From Dipteris shenzhenensis (lineage: Eukaryota), in the NCBI GenBank assembly GCA_047967505.1, contig CM106538.1: 64,000 bases of DNA; one strand, written 5' to 3'. This document shows, piece by piece, positions 34,001 through 46,598 of the stretch; position 1 is the first letter of the stretch; each line of letters opens with the position of its first letter. The position numbers were made by a program, and so were the translations under genes. Below the pieces are notes generated by a model. It saw nothing but the letters and a program-made list of their open reading frames with translations. It did not search any database and was not told the DNA's origin.

Positions 34001-36909
34001 ATATTGTTTTGTAAGGAGTGATCATTGTAAGGGCTCTTCATGCACAAGAAAAAGGTTTCTAGACTCTGTATCTTGAGACCGCATTCTCTCTTGTCCCTTT
34101 TTCTTGAGTATATGCCATTGTAAATCTTAAGCTCATTGCCATATTGTTTTTCTAGGGTAGCAGACATTTGTTCCTTGTCATCTTTATCAGCAAATATGAC
34201 TATATTGCATTGTCCCACTCTACCAATGGTGGTATGTAATATTCTGTCAAGGAGTTGACGAATGTCATCCGGTGATATTTCATAGACAAAGAAAAGCTGA
34301 GGTCTCTCCCAAGCAGTGTCGTCGGACAAAAATTCACTCAATGAAACTCCCTTGCACTCAACACTCTTTCCAGACTCTGAAATGATTTCATGTATGAAAA
34401 AAAAGCCCTTGTTCAAAGTTTTTTCTTTTCTGAGAGTGTGCTTATTGATGACTTTTTGTGCATATGCATACACATTTTCCGGAATGTCACTTCTCATAGA
34501 GGGAGTAATTTCAGATCCATCATCTTCTACCTTCACCCATTTATGCGCCCAAGCCTTCTGTTTAGCTGACGGTAAAGCTGATGCCATCTGCCTCACAATG
34601 TTATGATCAATTTTACATTGGCTAATTGGAATATTTTTTTCTCCCAATAAATATTCAATTGCACTCTTTACTGCATCACGCTTGACCTGTTGGATGATGC
34701 AATCTTCCATGCAATGATCTTTATCCTTTTTGCCAAAAAACCATTCTTTGGACATTAATTTCTCTGCAGCAAGACTTGCGTATTTGTCTGGTAGGTTTCT
34801 TAAAGGCCTCCACTTTTGAGCTGTCATCTCTTTTTTCTCAATCTTCTTTGCCTTCTCTTTAATCAATGATGGAGCCTCATATGTGACATCTCCTTTCTCA
34901 CATGCAAGACACACGTCTTTGATCTGATGAAAAACTTCATCACTACGGAAAAGTATGCTTGTGTAGTCTTGATACCTATCCCTTACTGTCTTAAAGCTTG
35001 TAATCACCTCTGCTCTTTCCTGCTTTCCCCTTGGTACAATGGCACTCAAGCATGTGTAGAAGTCAACAAGATTATCCGCTTCCACTTTAGTTGCAGTTCT
35101 TTTGAGAGTGGTCAAAGGAGAATTAAAAGTTTTCCATATGGTCCTAGCTTTGAGCAACATCTCTGAAGTGGAGGTGATTTTTCGTAGTGCATAAATGTCA
35201 TGATTAAGTCTTTCCGACTCAATCAAATATTTTTTCTCGTTCTTGAAGATACAAATGCATGCAGAATAGTAGTGAAATTGAGGCACACTCGCGAAGGTTT
35301 GATAAGTAATTTCTCCTTTCTTGTATGCATCTCTAGAGTGCTCATTACAAGCATAGGCATAGTGCTGACCATCTATTGCCTCAAATGTACAATGAGCTAA
35401 GAAATTTCTCTTGGCATCCCTTATATGTCGTTCTGGATCATTCACTGAACTCTGTCCTTCTTGAAGTTAGGGAACTTGTTTTCCGAGGAACTTAGTGAAT
35501 TGCATCTCAAAATCCATAGGCTGAGAGAAATTGATGGATTGACTATAATCTCCCATGACTGGCCAAAATGTTCTTGGACGGAGTACCAAATTAGAAAAAA
35601 CTGGTTTTTTTCCATCAATCAAAGCCTGAAAAATCTTTTCAGCATAGATTGTATCTAAGGTCCTGCTATTGGTGAAGACACTTGCTTTGACCACTGTTGA
35701 AGCATGTATAACTTGAGTCTTCTGGCCCCATATATATCCTGGATCCTCATCTGTCACAGCCTCATTCAAGCGAAGATTTAGATTCTTCATTGATAACATT
35801 TCTGCTTCTAGATCTGACTCCATTTCAAGACCCTCCGCATCCTCTTCATGTTCTTCCTCTTCTCTTCTTTGCACTTTCTTTGTATATGAACGACCTCTTT
35901 TTCCAGTTATAGGACTTGGAACTGTAGCTCGTGAAGTACTTGCCTTTTGCATTTGACGTCGATATTTATTTTTTAGGGGCTCAATGTGAACTGCTTTAGA
36001 TCGCCCTACTTCTTCTTCTATTGCCTCAACTTCAGGTATACTTAAGGGCTTCACTTGTTCTGTTATTCCATCAACTTCATGAGTTACACCATCTAAGTGA
36101 GTAATACCATGAACAAGAGATGTGTGTGCATGTCCTGTCTTATCTGATGCATGTCGTGTCTCACTCAATTCAATTTCTGTCTGAGATGCATGTGCATGTC
36201 CGGTCTCCACCAATTCAATTCCTGTCTCAGATGTAGATCCCTTGTAAGCATCCACGTGTACAAGACCCTCATCCATTGCTACAATGTGTTCTGTCTCATC
36301 CACTCCACTTCCTCTCTCATTTGTATTACCATGAACCAGGTCTACATGGCGTGTCTCATCACTTCCTTTCTCATGTGTGGATTCTTGCACCTTAGGTCCC
36401 TCCAATGAAGTTGAACCTTGTTCGATGACACCCTGAAAGTATTCAAGGATAATCTTTGACTGCATTTTTCTTGCTTCCTCAATGGGAAATTCCTCTCACA
36501 CATGTTGAAGAATCTCCAATGCAGGAACCAATTCAGGAAATCTAGGTGCTTTTGGCGGCGGCATCACAAAGTGCATTGCATCTTTCTTAGAAAGAAGAAA
36601 CGATCTGTTGCTCATTCTTGACTTTGTGTAAATCATCATTGTACTGCTGTCTTTTTCAATTTTTATTCCTACTAAGGTGCCCCCTTGAATCAAATTGCTC
36701 TTTGAGAAAGATACATTTGATGCCCACTCATCTTTCTCCAACTCTCTCTTTGTCATCACTAGAATGAGATTTCCTTTACTTAAGACCAAGAACCATGCTT
36801 TCTTTGTTGTGTCAACAACTGTCCAGTTTGTGAAGTCCTTTGGGGCATAAATTCTTCCATTGTATTTCAGTGTCATACCATTGACAAATGCTGTAGCCTC
36901 AAGATCCAT
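31077..36909 (-). pseudogene. Spliced cargo gene, about 1700 codons: ParB/Srx-like domain, degenerate N4/N6-MTase-like region, two Ulp1/C48 protease domains
   Basis: ORFs 36496-36924, 35467-36465 and 33514-35445 are one frame separated by single stops (copy A has TGG at the first). Seven GT-AG introns follow (33519-33417, 33154-33071, 32899-32817, 32726-32635, 32173-32092, 31917-31815, 31727-31642), joining exons with HWSLVIVD, QNDDHSCG, HWSLIVWD and QKDMFSSG. Two frameshifts (about 33330 and 32490) and one further stop are required. Confidence 0.8.
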
Positions 36910-38679
36910 CCTGTATTCAAGCACAACACAAATTTTAAGTACTTTGACAAACTACAATTACTTTGAAATATCAAAAGTACAATGAGTCCCATTAATACAC
37001 CTCAAGTTTTTATTCTTCCCAATCGTATAAGTATCAATTTCATGCTTTGGGAATAGCCTCAAAGGCTTTACAAGGCTTAGAGCATAAATGCTTTGGGAAT
37101 AGCCTAAAAGGCTTTACAAGGCTTAGAGCATAAATGTGAAAAAAAATAAGGATTTACAATGATCTCTGAATACAAATTTGAAGTCTGTCATATATAAGTG
37201 CAAAATGCTCTGTCAACTCCCGCAACTGATATAAGTGTAAAATGCTCTGTCAACTTCCACAACTGTAATCTGTCATGTCCACTGATACAACTTTCAATCA
37301 TCTTGAAAGTTTAAAAACCTTAATCGTTGCTTAAATGGTAGGGTTGTTGTGACTGTGAAACCGAATGTGAACGAATGGACTGACTCCGATTAGGAACTAG
37401 TCGGGAAATAGTCGGGAAATTTTGAGCATGGCTTTGATTGGTTTTTTTGGAGTTCTCTCCTCTAAGGACAAACTAATCTATGCTAATCTAGACTACACCA
37501 ACCGTCGAAACGAAGAAAAGCAAGAAATAATTTCTTTTCCATTGTTCTTTTTAATATCCTTAGGTTGCGAATTAAAAGCAAAAAATAATCTATTTTCCAT
37601 TATTCTTTTTAATACACTAAGGTTGTGAGTTTAAAAAAGATAAAATTTATATTTTCAAAAACTAATTTACTTACAACTCATAAGAATTGAACATTCACAT
37701 TAATAAGAAGTTAAAATCTTAATAAATTTGAATTTAAATAATAAAAACTATAAAGTAGTTTAACTTAAAGTTTATGAAAAAATAACGTAAAATAAAGAAA
37801 ATAAGACTTAAAATTAAAAATTTAATATTTACCTAGAAGAATATATTAATTCTCCCTAAAAAGAAATAAATTAAAGTAATAATAACGAATGTAAGTTAAA
37901 CTACTTTTAAAATTTTAATTTAAAATGTAATAAAATTAAAATTATACTTTTTATATTCCAAAACAAAATGCATTATAGTCTAAATTAAACTAGTAAATTG
38001 AAAATGAAAGTGAAACTCATTTTAAATTCAAAAACAAAGAAAAATTTAAAATTCAAGTTTCTACAAGTTTTGCTTTTAGCATACATTTGTCTTTTCACAT
38101 CCACGCGTTTGTCTTTTCAAACACAAGGTTGTCTTTTATCACAATTTTCAAGTTTTCACATGTTTATCTTTTCAAACACAAGGATTCATAGTTTAAAAAA
38201 AGGCGGGAAATTTGAAATTCTAGTTTCCACACGTTTCTCTTTTCAAACACCAAGGTTTATAGTTTTGTTTGTTTAAGTTTCGACTAAATCACACACCAAT
38301 CTCCTCTAATATGCCTCATTGATCGTAGCTCCCAAATTCTTCCATCAAAACATCTCTCCTTTATCTCTTCTTGATCGTCGCCCACTCATTTTTTCTCCTC
38401 ATTGGTAAGATTTTCTATCTCGATCGTACTTTCTCTTGTGCCCTTCCTCTCTAAATTTTCATCAAACACCAAGGTTTATAGTTTTGTTTGTTTAAGTTTC
38501 GACTAAATCACACACCAATCTCCTCTCATATGCCTCATTGATCGTAGCTCCTAAATTCTTCCATCAAAACATCTCTCCTTTATCTTTTCTCAATCGTCGC
38601 CCACTCATTTCTCCTCTTCATTGGTAAGATTTTCTATCTTGATCGTACTTTCTCTTGTGTCCTCCCTCTCTAAATTTTC

Positions 38680-38957
38680 ATCTCTCGTCCATCTCTCTCA
38701 CTCTTCTCTCTCTCTCTTTCCTCTCCGCTCTAGTCTACGTTTCCTCTCATCTTAGTCTACTCTCTCCCCTCCTCTTCATTTCCCCTCTCTCTCTCTCTCT
38801 CCCACTCTCTCCTCACCTTTTCTCTCTCTCTCACTTGCGCTCCCCACTCTCTCTCTCACTTGCTGCGGCCTCCCCCCTCTCTCTCTCTCCCCTCCCCTCT
38901 CTCTCTCTCCCCCCCTCTCTCCCTCTCGCTGCCGCAGCAGCGGCCTCCCCCCCTCTC

Positions 38958-38988
<31 letters not shown>

Positions 38989-40890
38989 CCCCCTCCCTCT
39001 CTTTCGCTGCCGCGGCAGCGGCCCCCCCTCTCTCTCTCTCTCTCCCCCCTCTCTCTCGCTACCACGCCTCCCCCCCTTCTCTCTCTCTCCTCCCCTTCTC
39101 TCTTGCTACCACGGGAGCGGCCCCCCCTCTCTCTCTCTCCCTCCCCCTCTCTCTCGCTGCCGCGCCCCCCCTTCTCTCTCCCCCCCCTCCTCTCTCGCTA
39201 CCGCGGCAGCGGCCCCCCCTCCCCTTCTCTCTCTGCCGCCCCCCTCCTCTCCCCCCCTTCTCTCTCTCTCCCCCCTTCTCTCTCACTGCCACGGCAGTGG
39301 CCCCCCCCCTTCTCTCTCTCTCCCTCCCCCTCTCTCTCGCTGCCACGCCCCCCTCCTCTCTCTCTCCCCCCCTCCCCCCCCTCCTCTCCCCCCCCCTTCT
39401 CTCTCTCTCCCCCCCCTTCTCTCTCGTTGCCGCGGCAGCGGCCCCCCCTTCTCTCTCTCTCCCTCCCCCTCTCTCTCGTTGCCGCGCCCCCCACCTCTCT
39501 CTCTCCCCCCCTCCTCTCTCACAGCCGCGGCAGCGGCCCCCTCTCTCTCTCTCCCCTCCCCTCCCCTCCCTCTCTCCCCCCCCTCCCTCTCCCCCCCTCT
39601 CTCCGCTGCCGCGACAGCGGCCTCCCCCCCTCTCTCTCTCTCCTCCCCCCTTTCTCTCCCCCCCTCCTCTCTCGCTGCCGTGGCAGCGGCCCCCCCTCCT
39701 CTCTCTCTCTCCCTCCCCCTCTCTCTCGCTGCCGCATCCCCCCCCTTCTCTCTCTCCCTCCCCTCCTCTCTCGCTGCCGCGGCAGCGGCCCCCCCTCTCT
39801 CTCTCCCCTCCCCTCCCCTCCCTCTCCCCCCTCTCTCTCTCTCCCCCCCTCTCTCTCGCTGCCCCCCCTTCTCTCTCTCCCCCCCCTCCTCTCTCGCTGC
39901 CGCGGCAGCGGCCCCCCCTCTCTCTCTCTCTCCCTCCCCTCTGTCTCACTGCCGCGCCCCCCTTCTCTCTCTCCCCCCCTCCTCTCTCGTTGCCGCGGCA
40001 GCCCCCCCTTCTCTCTCTCTCCCCCCCCTCCTCTCTCGCTGCTGCGACAGCGGCCCCCCCTCTCTCTCCCTCTCCCCCCCCTCCCTCCACTGCCACGGTA
40101 GCGGCCTCCCCCCCCTCTCTCTCTCTCCCCCCCCCTCTCTCTCCCCCCCTCTCTCGCGTTGCCACGCCCCCCCTTCTCTCTCTCCCCCCCTCTCCTCTTT
40201 CGTTGCCGTGGCAGCGGCCCCCCCCTTCTCTCCCTCTCCCCCCCCCCTCCTCTCTCGCTGCCGCGGCAGCTGCACCCCCTCTCTCTCTCTCCCTCCCCCT
40301 CTCTCTCGCTGCCGTGCCCCCTCCCCTTCTCTCTCCCCCCCTCCTCTCTCGCTGTCGCGGCAGCGGCCCTCCCCTCTCTCTCTCCCCTCCCCTCCCCTCC
40401 CTCTCCCCCCCCTCTCTCCGCTGCCGCGGCAGCGGCCTCCCCCCCCTTTCTCTCGTTGCCCCCCCTTCTCTCTCTCCCCCCTCTCCTCCTCTCTCGCTGC
40501 CGCGGCAGCGGCCCCCCCCTCTCTCTCTCTCCCTCCCCCTCTCTCTCGCTGCCGCGCCCCCCCTCCTCTCTGGCTGCCGCCTCTCTCTCTCCCCTCCCCT
40601 CCCTCCCCCCCCCTCCCTCTCCTCCCCTCTCTCCGCTGCCGCGGTAGCGGCCTCCCCCCCTCTCTCTCTCTCCCCCCCCTCGCGGCTTCCCCCCTCTCTC
40701 CCCTCTCTTCCCCCCCCCTCCCCCTTCTCTCCCCTCTCCCTTTCTCTCCCCTCTCTTTCCCCCTCCCTTCTCTCCTCTCTCTCCCTCTCTCTTTCTCTCT
40801 CTCTCTTTTGCTGCCGAGGCAGCAAGACTCTCTCTCTTATAATCTCTCTCTAAAAGTCTTTCCTTCACTTTTCTCTCTCTAAGTTCTCTC
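38680..40890 (-). repeat. CT/C-rich array with the 16-bp palindrome (copy B counterpart of 7500-9900)
   Basis: (CT)n and C-runs with recurring CGCTGCCGCGGCAGCGGC. Confidence 0.93.
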
Positions 40891-41159
40891 TCTATAATAA
40901 AATTTCAAAGAATACAAATTTTAAAAAAAGTACCTGGAAAAAAGTTGAAATCTATGCTTGTGCTTTGTTGTGCTTGCTTTTGCTCTTCCTCCTCTTTTTG
41001 CTTCTCCTCTTGCTCTTCCTTGTTGAAATGAGAGAAACAATGAGAGAAGGAGAGTATATATAAGAAAAACTAGGGTTTTAAGTGCTTCTCTCTCTTGGTC
41101 CTTCTATAACATTATCTCCTCTCCCATTGGCCTCTCTATTAGATTATCTTCTCTCTCTC

Positions 41160-42085
41160 TCCCGCCCACTCCCGTCCTCCCACCCCATTCCCACTCCCAC
41201 CCCCATCCTCCCACCCCACCTCCCCCATTCTCACTCCCACGCCCACGCCCATTCTTTCACCTTCCCCATTCCCACTCCCTCTCCCACTCCCATCCTCCCA
41301 CTCCACCCCTCCCACTCCCACCCTCACCCCCACCTCCCCCATTCCCACTCCCACTCCCACTCCCACTCCCATTCTCCCACCCACTCCCATCCTCCCACCT
41401 CCACCTCTCACTCCCACTCCCATCCTCCCACCCCCACCCCTCCCCCCCCATTCCCACTCCCATTCCCACTCCCACTCCCATTCTCCCACCCTTATCCTCC
41501 CACCTCACCCCTCCCACTCCCATCCTCCCACTCCCTCTCCCACTCCCACTCCCATTTTCCCACCCCCCCACCTCCCCCATTCCCACTCCCTCTCCCACTC
41601 CCACTCCCATTTTCCCACCCCCCCCACCTCCCCCATTCCCACTCCCTCCCCCATCCTCCCACCCCACCCCTCCCACTTCCACCCCCACCTCCCCCATTCC
41701 CACTCCCATCCTCCCACCTCACCCCTCCCACTTCCACCCCCACCTCCCCCATTCCCACTCCCTCTCCCACTCCCATCCTCCCACTCCCACTCCCCACCCC
41801 TCCCACTCCCACTCCCATCCTCCCACCCTCACTCCACCCCCACCTCCCCCATTCCCACTCCCTCTCCCACTCCCACTCCCATTCTCCCACCCCCACCCCC
41901 ACCTCCCCCATTCCCACTCCCTCTCCCACTCCCACTCCCATCCTCCCACCCCCACCCCCACCCCCACCCCCACCGCCCCCATTCCCACTCCCTCTCCCAC
42001 TCTCCCTTTCTCCCACTACCACCCTCCCACACTCCCTTTCTCCACTTTCCCACTCTCCCTTTCTCCCACTACCACCCTCCCAACT
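41160..42085 (-). repeat. (ACTCCC)n array, G-rich on the minus strand (copy B)
   Basis: Reverse-complement counterpart of 6273-7240. Confidence 0.93.
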
Positions 42086-42159
42086 ATCAATTCCACTATT
42101 ACTTATGAATTCTAATTAAAACTATTACTTAAATAAATGATATTACTTGAAAACACTCA

Positions 42160-43140
42160 TAGGATTTAAGGTTTAGGATTTCGTGGTTTGGGTTTAGGAT
42201 TTGGGGTTTGGTGAGTTAAGGTTTAGGGTTTAGGGTTTAGGGTTTGTGAGTAAGGAATTAGGGTTTGTGAGTTAGGGTTAGGGTTTAGGGTTTGTAAGTT
42301 AGGGTTTAGGGTTTGGTGGTTTGGATTTAGGATTTGGGGGTAGGGTTTAGGGTTTAAGATTTGGGAGTTAGGGTTTAGGGTTAGGGTTTAGAGTTTGGTG
42401 GTTTGGGTTTAGGGGGTAGGGTTTAGGGTTTAGGGTTTAGGGGTTAGGGTTTAGGATTTAGGGTTTAGGGTTTGGGGGTTAGGGTTTAGGGTTTAGGGTT
42501 TGGGGGTTAGGGTTTAGGGTTTGGGAGTTAGAGTTTAAGGTTTAGGGTTTAGGGTTTGGGGTTTAGGGTTTAGGGTTTAGGGTTTAGGGTTTGGGAGTTA
42601 GGGATTAGGGTTTGGGAGTTAGGGTTTAGGGTTTGGGGGTTAGGGTTTAGAGTTTAGGGTTTGGGGGTTAGGGTTTAGGGTTTAGGGTTTAGGGTTTAGG
42701 GTTTAGGAGTTAGGGTTTAGGGTTTAGGGTTTGGGAGTTAGGGTTTAGGGTTTGGGGGTTAGGGTGGGTTTGGGGGTTAGGGTTAAGGGTTTAGGGTTTA
42801 GGGTTTAGGAGTTAGGGTTTAGGGTTTAGGGTTTAGGGTTTGGGAGTTAGGGTTTAGGGTTTGGGAATTAGGGTTTAGGGTTTGGGGGTTAGAATTTAGG
42901 GTTTAGGGTTTAGGGTTTGGGAGTTAGGGTTTGGGGTCTGGGGGTTAGGGTTTAGGGTTTAGGGTTTGGGGGTTAGGGTTTAGGGTTTAGGGTTTGGGAG
43001 TTAGGGTTTAGGGCTTAGGGTTTAGGGTTGTTATTGGTTAGGGTTGAGGGTTGAGGGTTCAGGGTTTAGGGTTGTTTTGGTTTACGGTTTAGGGTTTAGG
43101 GTTTAGGGTTGTTATTGGTTTACGGTTGTTATTGGTTAGT
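42160..43140 (+). repeat. Interstitial telomeric (TTTAGGG)n array, internal to copy B
   Basis: About 1 kb of GGGTTTA with TTTGGGAGTTAGGG and TTTGGGGGTTAGGG variants. Confidence 0.97.
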
Positions 43141-43265
43141 GTGTAATTAAATTTTCAAACAAGTTCTAGATTTTTAAATCATTAATAAAGTAGATTATTG
43201 AGAAGAGACTAATGTTCTTTATAATGGTTGTTACAGCTTGTTTGCAAAGGAAACTCACAAAGGAG

Positions 43266-45931
43266 ATGGCTACAAAATTTATTCCGGGGATGGAGGTGAT
43301 TTTATGTTTCAAAAGAGAAGTAGTTGCATTTGCTACAATCCATGAAAGTGATCCAAATTCTATTTGTCACTCTAGAAGACTTGGCGAAGATAAGGTGGCG
43401 GTTATCGTATCAAGGATTCTTAGTGCACATGTTGAGCTAAAGCATAAGTGTGGGGATATGGAAATCCTTGGAGATGTTATGCCCTATAATACTTCCAACA
43501 AAGCATTTATTACATGGGACAGAGATGAGACTTATCCAACACATGTCATCAGGAATACAAAGTGCATATCTTTGGATTTTAGAGTGGGAGATATTTTACA
43601 AATGTTATCATTTTCAAATAAGTATGTAGCAGAAGGTCAAGTCTTGGGATTTGAACAAGTTGAACACTGGACATTTGCGCAGATGAGAATTCAAAAAGTT
43701 ACTGATGATGGTATGGATGATAACTCAATGTCATTGGATGGTCCCTACTATGAGGTAGGTAAGGATTTGAGATGGAGCATGCAATTTTTAAAGATTGGAA
43801 AGACTCGGCATGTGGTTTTTAATGATAAACATAATGTATACTACAACATCAAAGAATTGAAAGAATATGCCAATGTACCAAGCTCTATTCCTTCAGAGAT
43901 GGATGATTCCAATGCACTCAACTATAGCACTGACGTCTTATCAGAAGTCGATGAGTTCATTGGTACCGAGAAAGAAAAATATTTCACAAGTGATGCCTTA
44001 TCCGGGGTGGATGAGTTCATGCACATTGAGAAGCAAAGATGTCAAAAGTGTTATATTTTCAAGCATGGATGGCTTCATGGATACTGATAAAGTACTTGGA
44101 GTCAAAGCAGGTAACTATGGAATTATGGAAATCATGCACGATAGTATAATGAGTGATGTTATCTCTGGAGTAGAGGAGTTTTGAGACTATGGAGTTATGA
44201 AATCCATAGAAAGTGCATCAATGAGCGATGTTCTCTCAGGAATAGATGAGTTTGAAGATCATTCTGGACACTCTATCACCACTGACTATGGAGTTATGAA
44301 ATCCATAGAAAGTGCATCAATGAGTGATGTTCTCTCAGGAATAGATGAGTTTGAAGATCATTCGGGACACTCTAATGCCATTGTGACAAGTGGTTCTACG
44401 ATTGTATCAAAAGTAGGGATGAAGCTATTTCTCACCCAAATGAGTACATGTGCATTATTGTAGATGGTATGGATCAAAATACAACAACATTACCTCGATT
44501 CGTTAACACTCCACCTAAGCTACAAGGCAAATACTTTTTAAAGACACATCTATGTGGAGTGTTAGTGCACGGATTTAAGTTTTTTGCAGACATATGGATT
44601 GATTCCTTGCATCTACACGATAGCAATCAAGTTGTAACATCCGTTATGAAGGCAATTCACAATGTACATGCAGAAAAAGGTCGCCTACCAGCAACTTTGA
44701 GAGTACAAGCAGACAATTGTGGACGACAGAATAAGAATGTACTCTTCTTTGCATTTTGCTCAATGCTAATCGCTCATAGAATCTTCAATGAGATTGAAGT
44801 TGGGTTTTTGTTGGTTGGGCACACACATGAGGATATCGATCAGGTATTTAGCACAGTTTCAAGAGAACTAAAACACAAGGACATGGAGACAATGGATGAC
44901 TTGATAAGAAAATGTGGGAGGCAAGTTGGTGGCCGTAAGGAAGGAACAATATGCTCAATGGTTGAGAGGATGTATGATTGGAAGAGCTTTATTCTACCTT
45001 TCATACAAAAAGGTGGTGATGCCCTGATTGGTCATAGCGCTCCACACTATTTTCGATTTTTCTTTAAGGATGAAAAACCAGTGATGCAATGGCAACACTA
45101 TTCTGTTGATACAAAATGGGAACCTGAAGAACCTTACTCTCTCTTAACTTCAATCCCGAGCAAAGAAATGCATCCAAATGGGCTCCTATAAAAGAATTCA
45201 GCGAGAAATCCAAAGGTGAAATAGAAGGCTTAAAAGCTTTTATTGCATACAAAGAGGAAATGCTCCGGAGATTTCCTGATTGGAAGCCCTCTTGGAAGGA
45301 ACACACTACTGTTGTAATTAGCAAGACCTACCAATTGATAAAGGACCTTGCAAAAATGCGAGAAGATGATATTAAGGCAGAACGGCCTTTATTTTGGCCA
45401 AATGTTGGTAATGACTTGCGTCCAGCATGTGGTCTCTTTGAAAATGAGTTTGAATCGTTGCTCCCACGTCCATATTGTGGACCCATGAAGAGAGAGTTTA
45501 TGCCACAAATAGACATAGATGTCCATTGTTTTGTTGCAGTTCGACCATCGGATGATGAACATGAGAATGTGAAGTTTTGGGTTGCGAAAGTAGTTGACGT
45601 GAGCATGGATGACCGGGGGAGAGCTAGAACATTTACAGCGGTATGGTATGAGCCAAGGGGCAGGAAGGAGAACCAAGATAACAATACATTGTATAGTAGT
45701 TGTTTGAAAAAGGAATGGGTCCCAAACCATGAAGCAATTTCAAGACTTTCCACAGAGACAGTCATAGTATCTTGGAAATCAAGGTCAAAGAAAACAAAGA
45801 AGCACATGGGGTATGATGTAGAAGACAAAATAAAATTACCGCAACCAATTATTACGCACATTACAGAGTTCACAAAGATGCTCGCCCGGGAGGAAGTAGA
45901 AGGAGATAGTGCAAATGAAGAATGCCCATGA
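43266..45931 (+). pseudogene. Disabled copy of the Sola-like transposase
   Basis: Near-identical to 1316-5026 but with a 5-bp deletion (about 44030), a TGA (about 44182), a deletion of about 1.04 kb at about 44422 (equivalent to copy A 2826-3864) and a 1-bp deletion (about 45178). Confidence 0.92.
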
Positions 45932-46598
45932 TAACACCATTCAAATATCGAGAAAGAGTGAAGGTGGTGGTGGTTGTCAGATGAGAGTGAATGAAGATGG
46001 CACCCAAGCGACAAGTGACGACAAAAAGGACATTCTGAACAAGCAAATGTTTGGATCGCTCATTTCTGTGATCATGATAGAAAAGGACATTCAAACAAGC
46101 AAATGTTTGGATCGCCCATTTGTACTAAACTCATTGCAAAGGAAAAATTAAATTATTGAAAAGGCCACAGGAGATCCTTTGTACAAAGACTCATCCAGAG
46201 CAATATTTGTTGTAAAACTTATGACATGATAATGTAAAATTGCAAGCATAGCTATTGCTATTTTTTGGAGTACAAAAGAGGCTTCCATCATGTCTCATGT
46301 CTATATAAACCTTTTAATTTCGTTGTGAATCCTCAATAGCATGGTTTTTCATGGATTTAAACTAATAACTCGGATTTTTTATTTTAAGAATATGATTCTT
46401 ATAAACAAGAAATACAAATTTAGGATTTAATAGTAGTTTTTGCATTATTTGTACAACATTGTAGAGAGATATTTTGAAATGTCTTATGTGAAAATGATAG
46501 TGCCAGAAAGTAAACTTTTGATTCTCGAATGACAGTTTCATAAAGTAAACTTTTCATTTGGGAAGGATTTTAAGGAATAGTCCAAAAGTAGACATATG

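Noticed and set aside
33740-34400. Active DNA methyltransferase
   Set aside because: No DPPY/SPPY/NPPY or FxGxG motif is visible; at most a degenerate fold.
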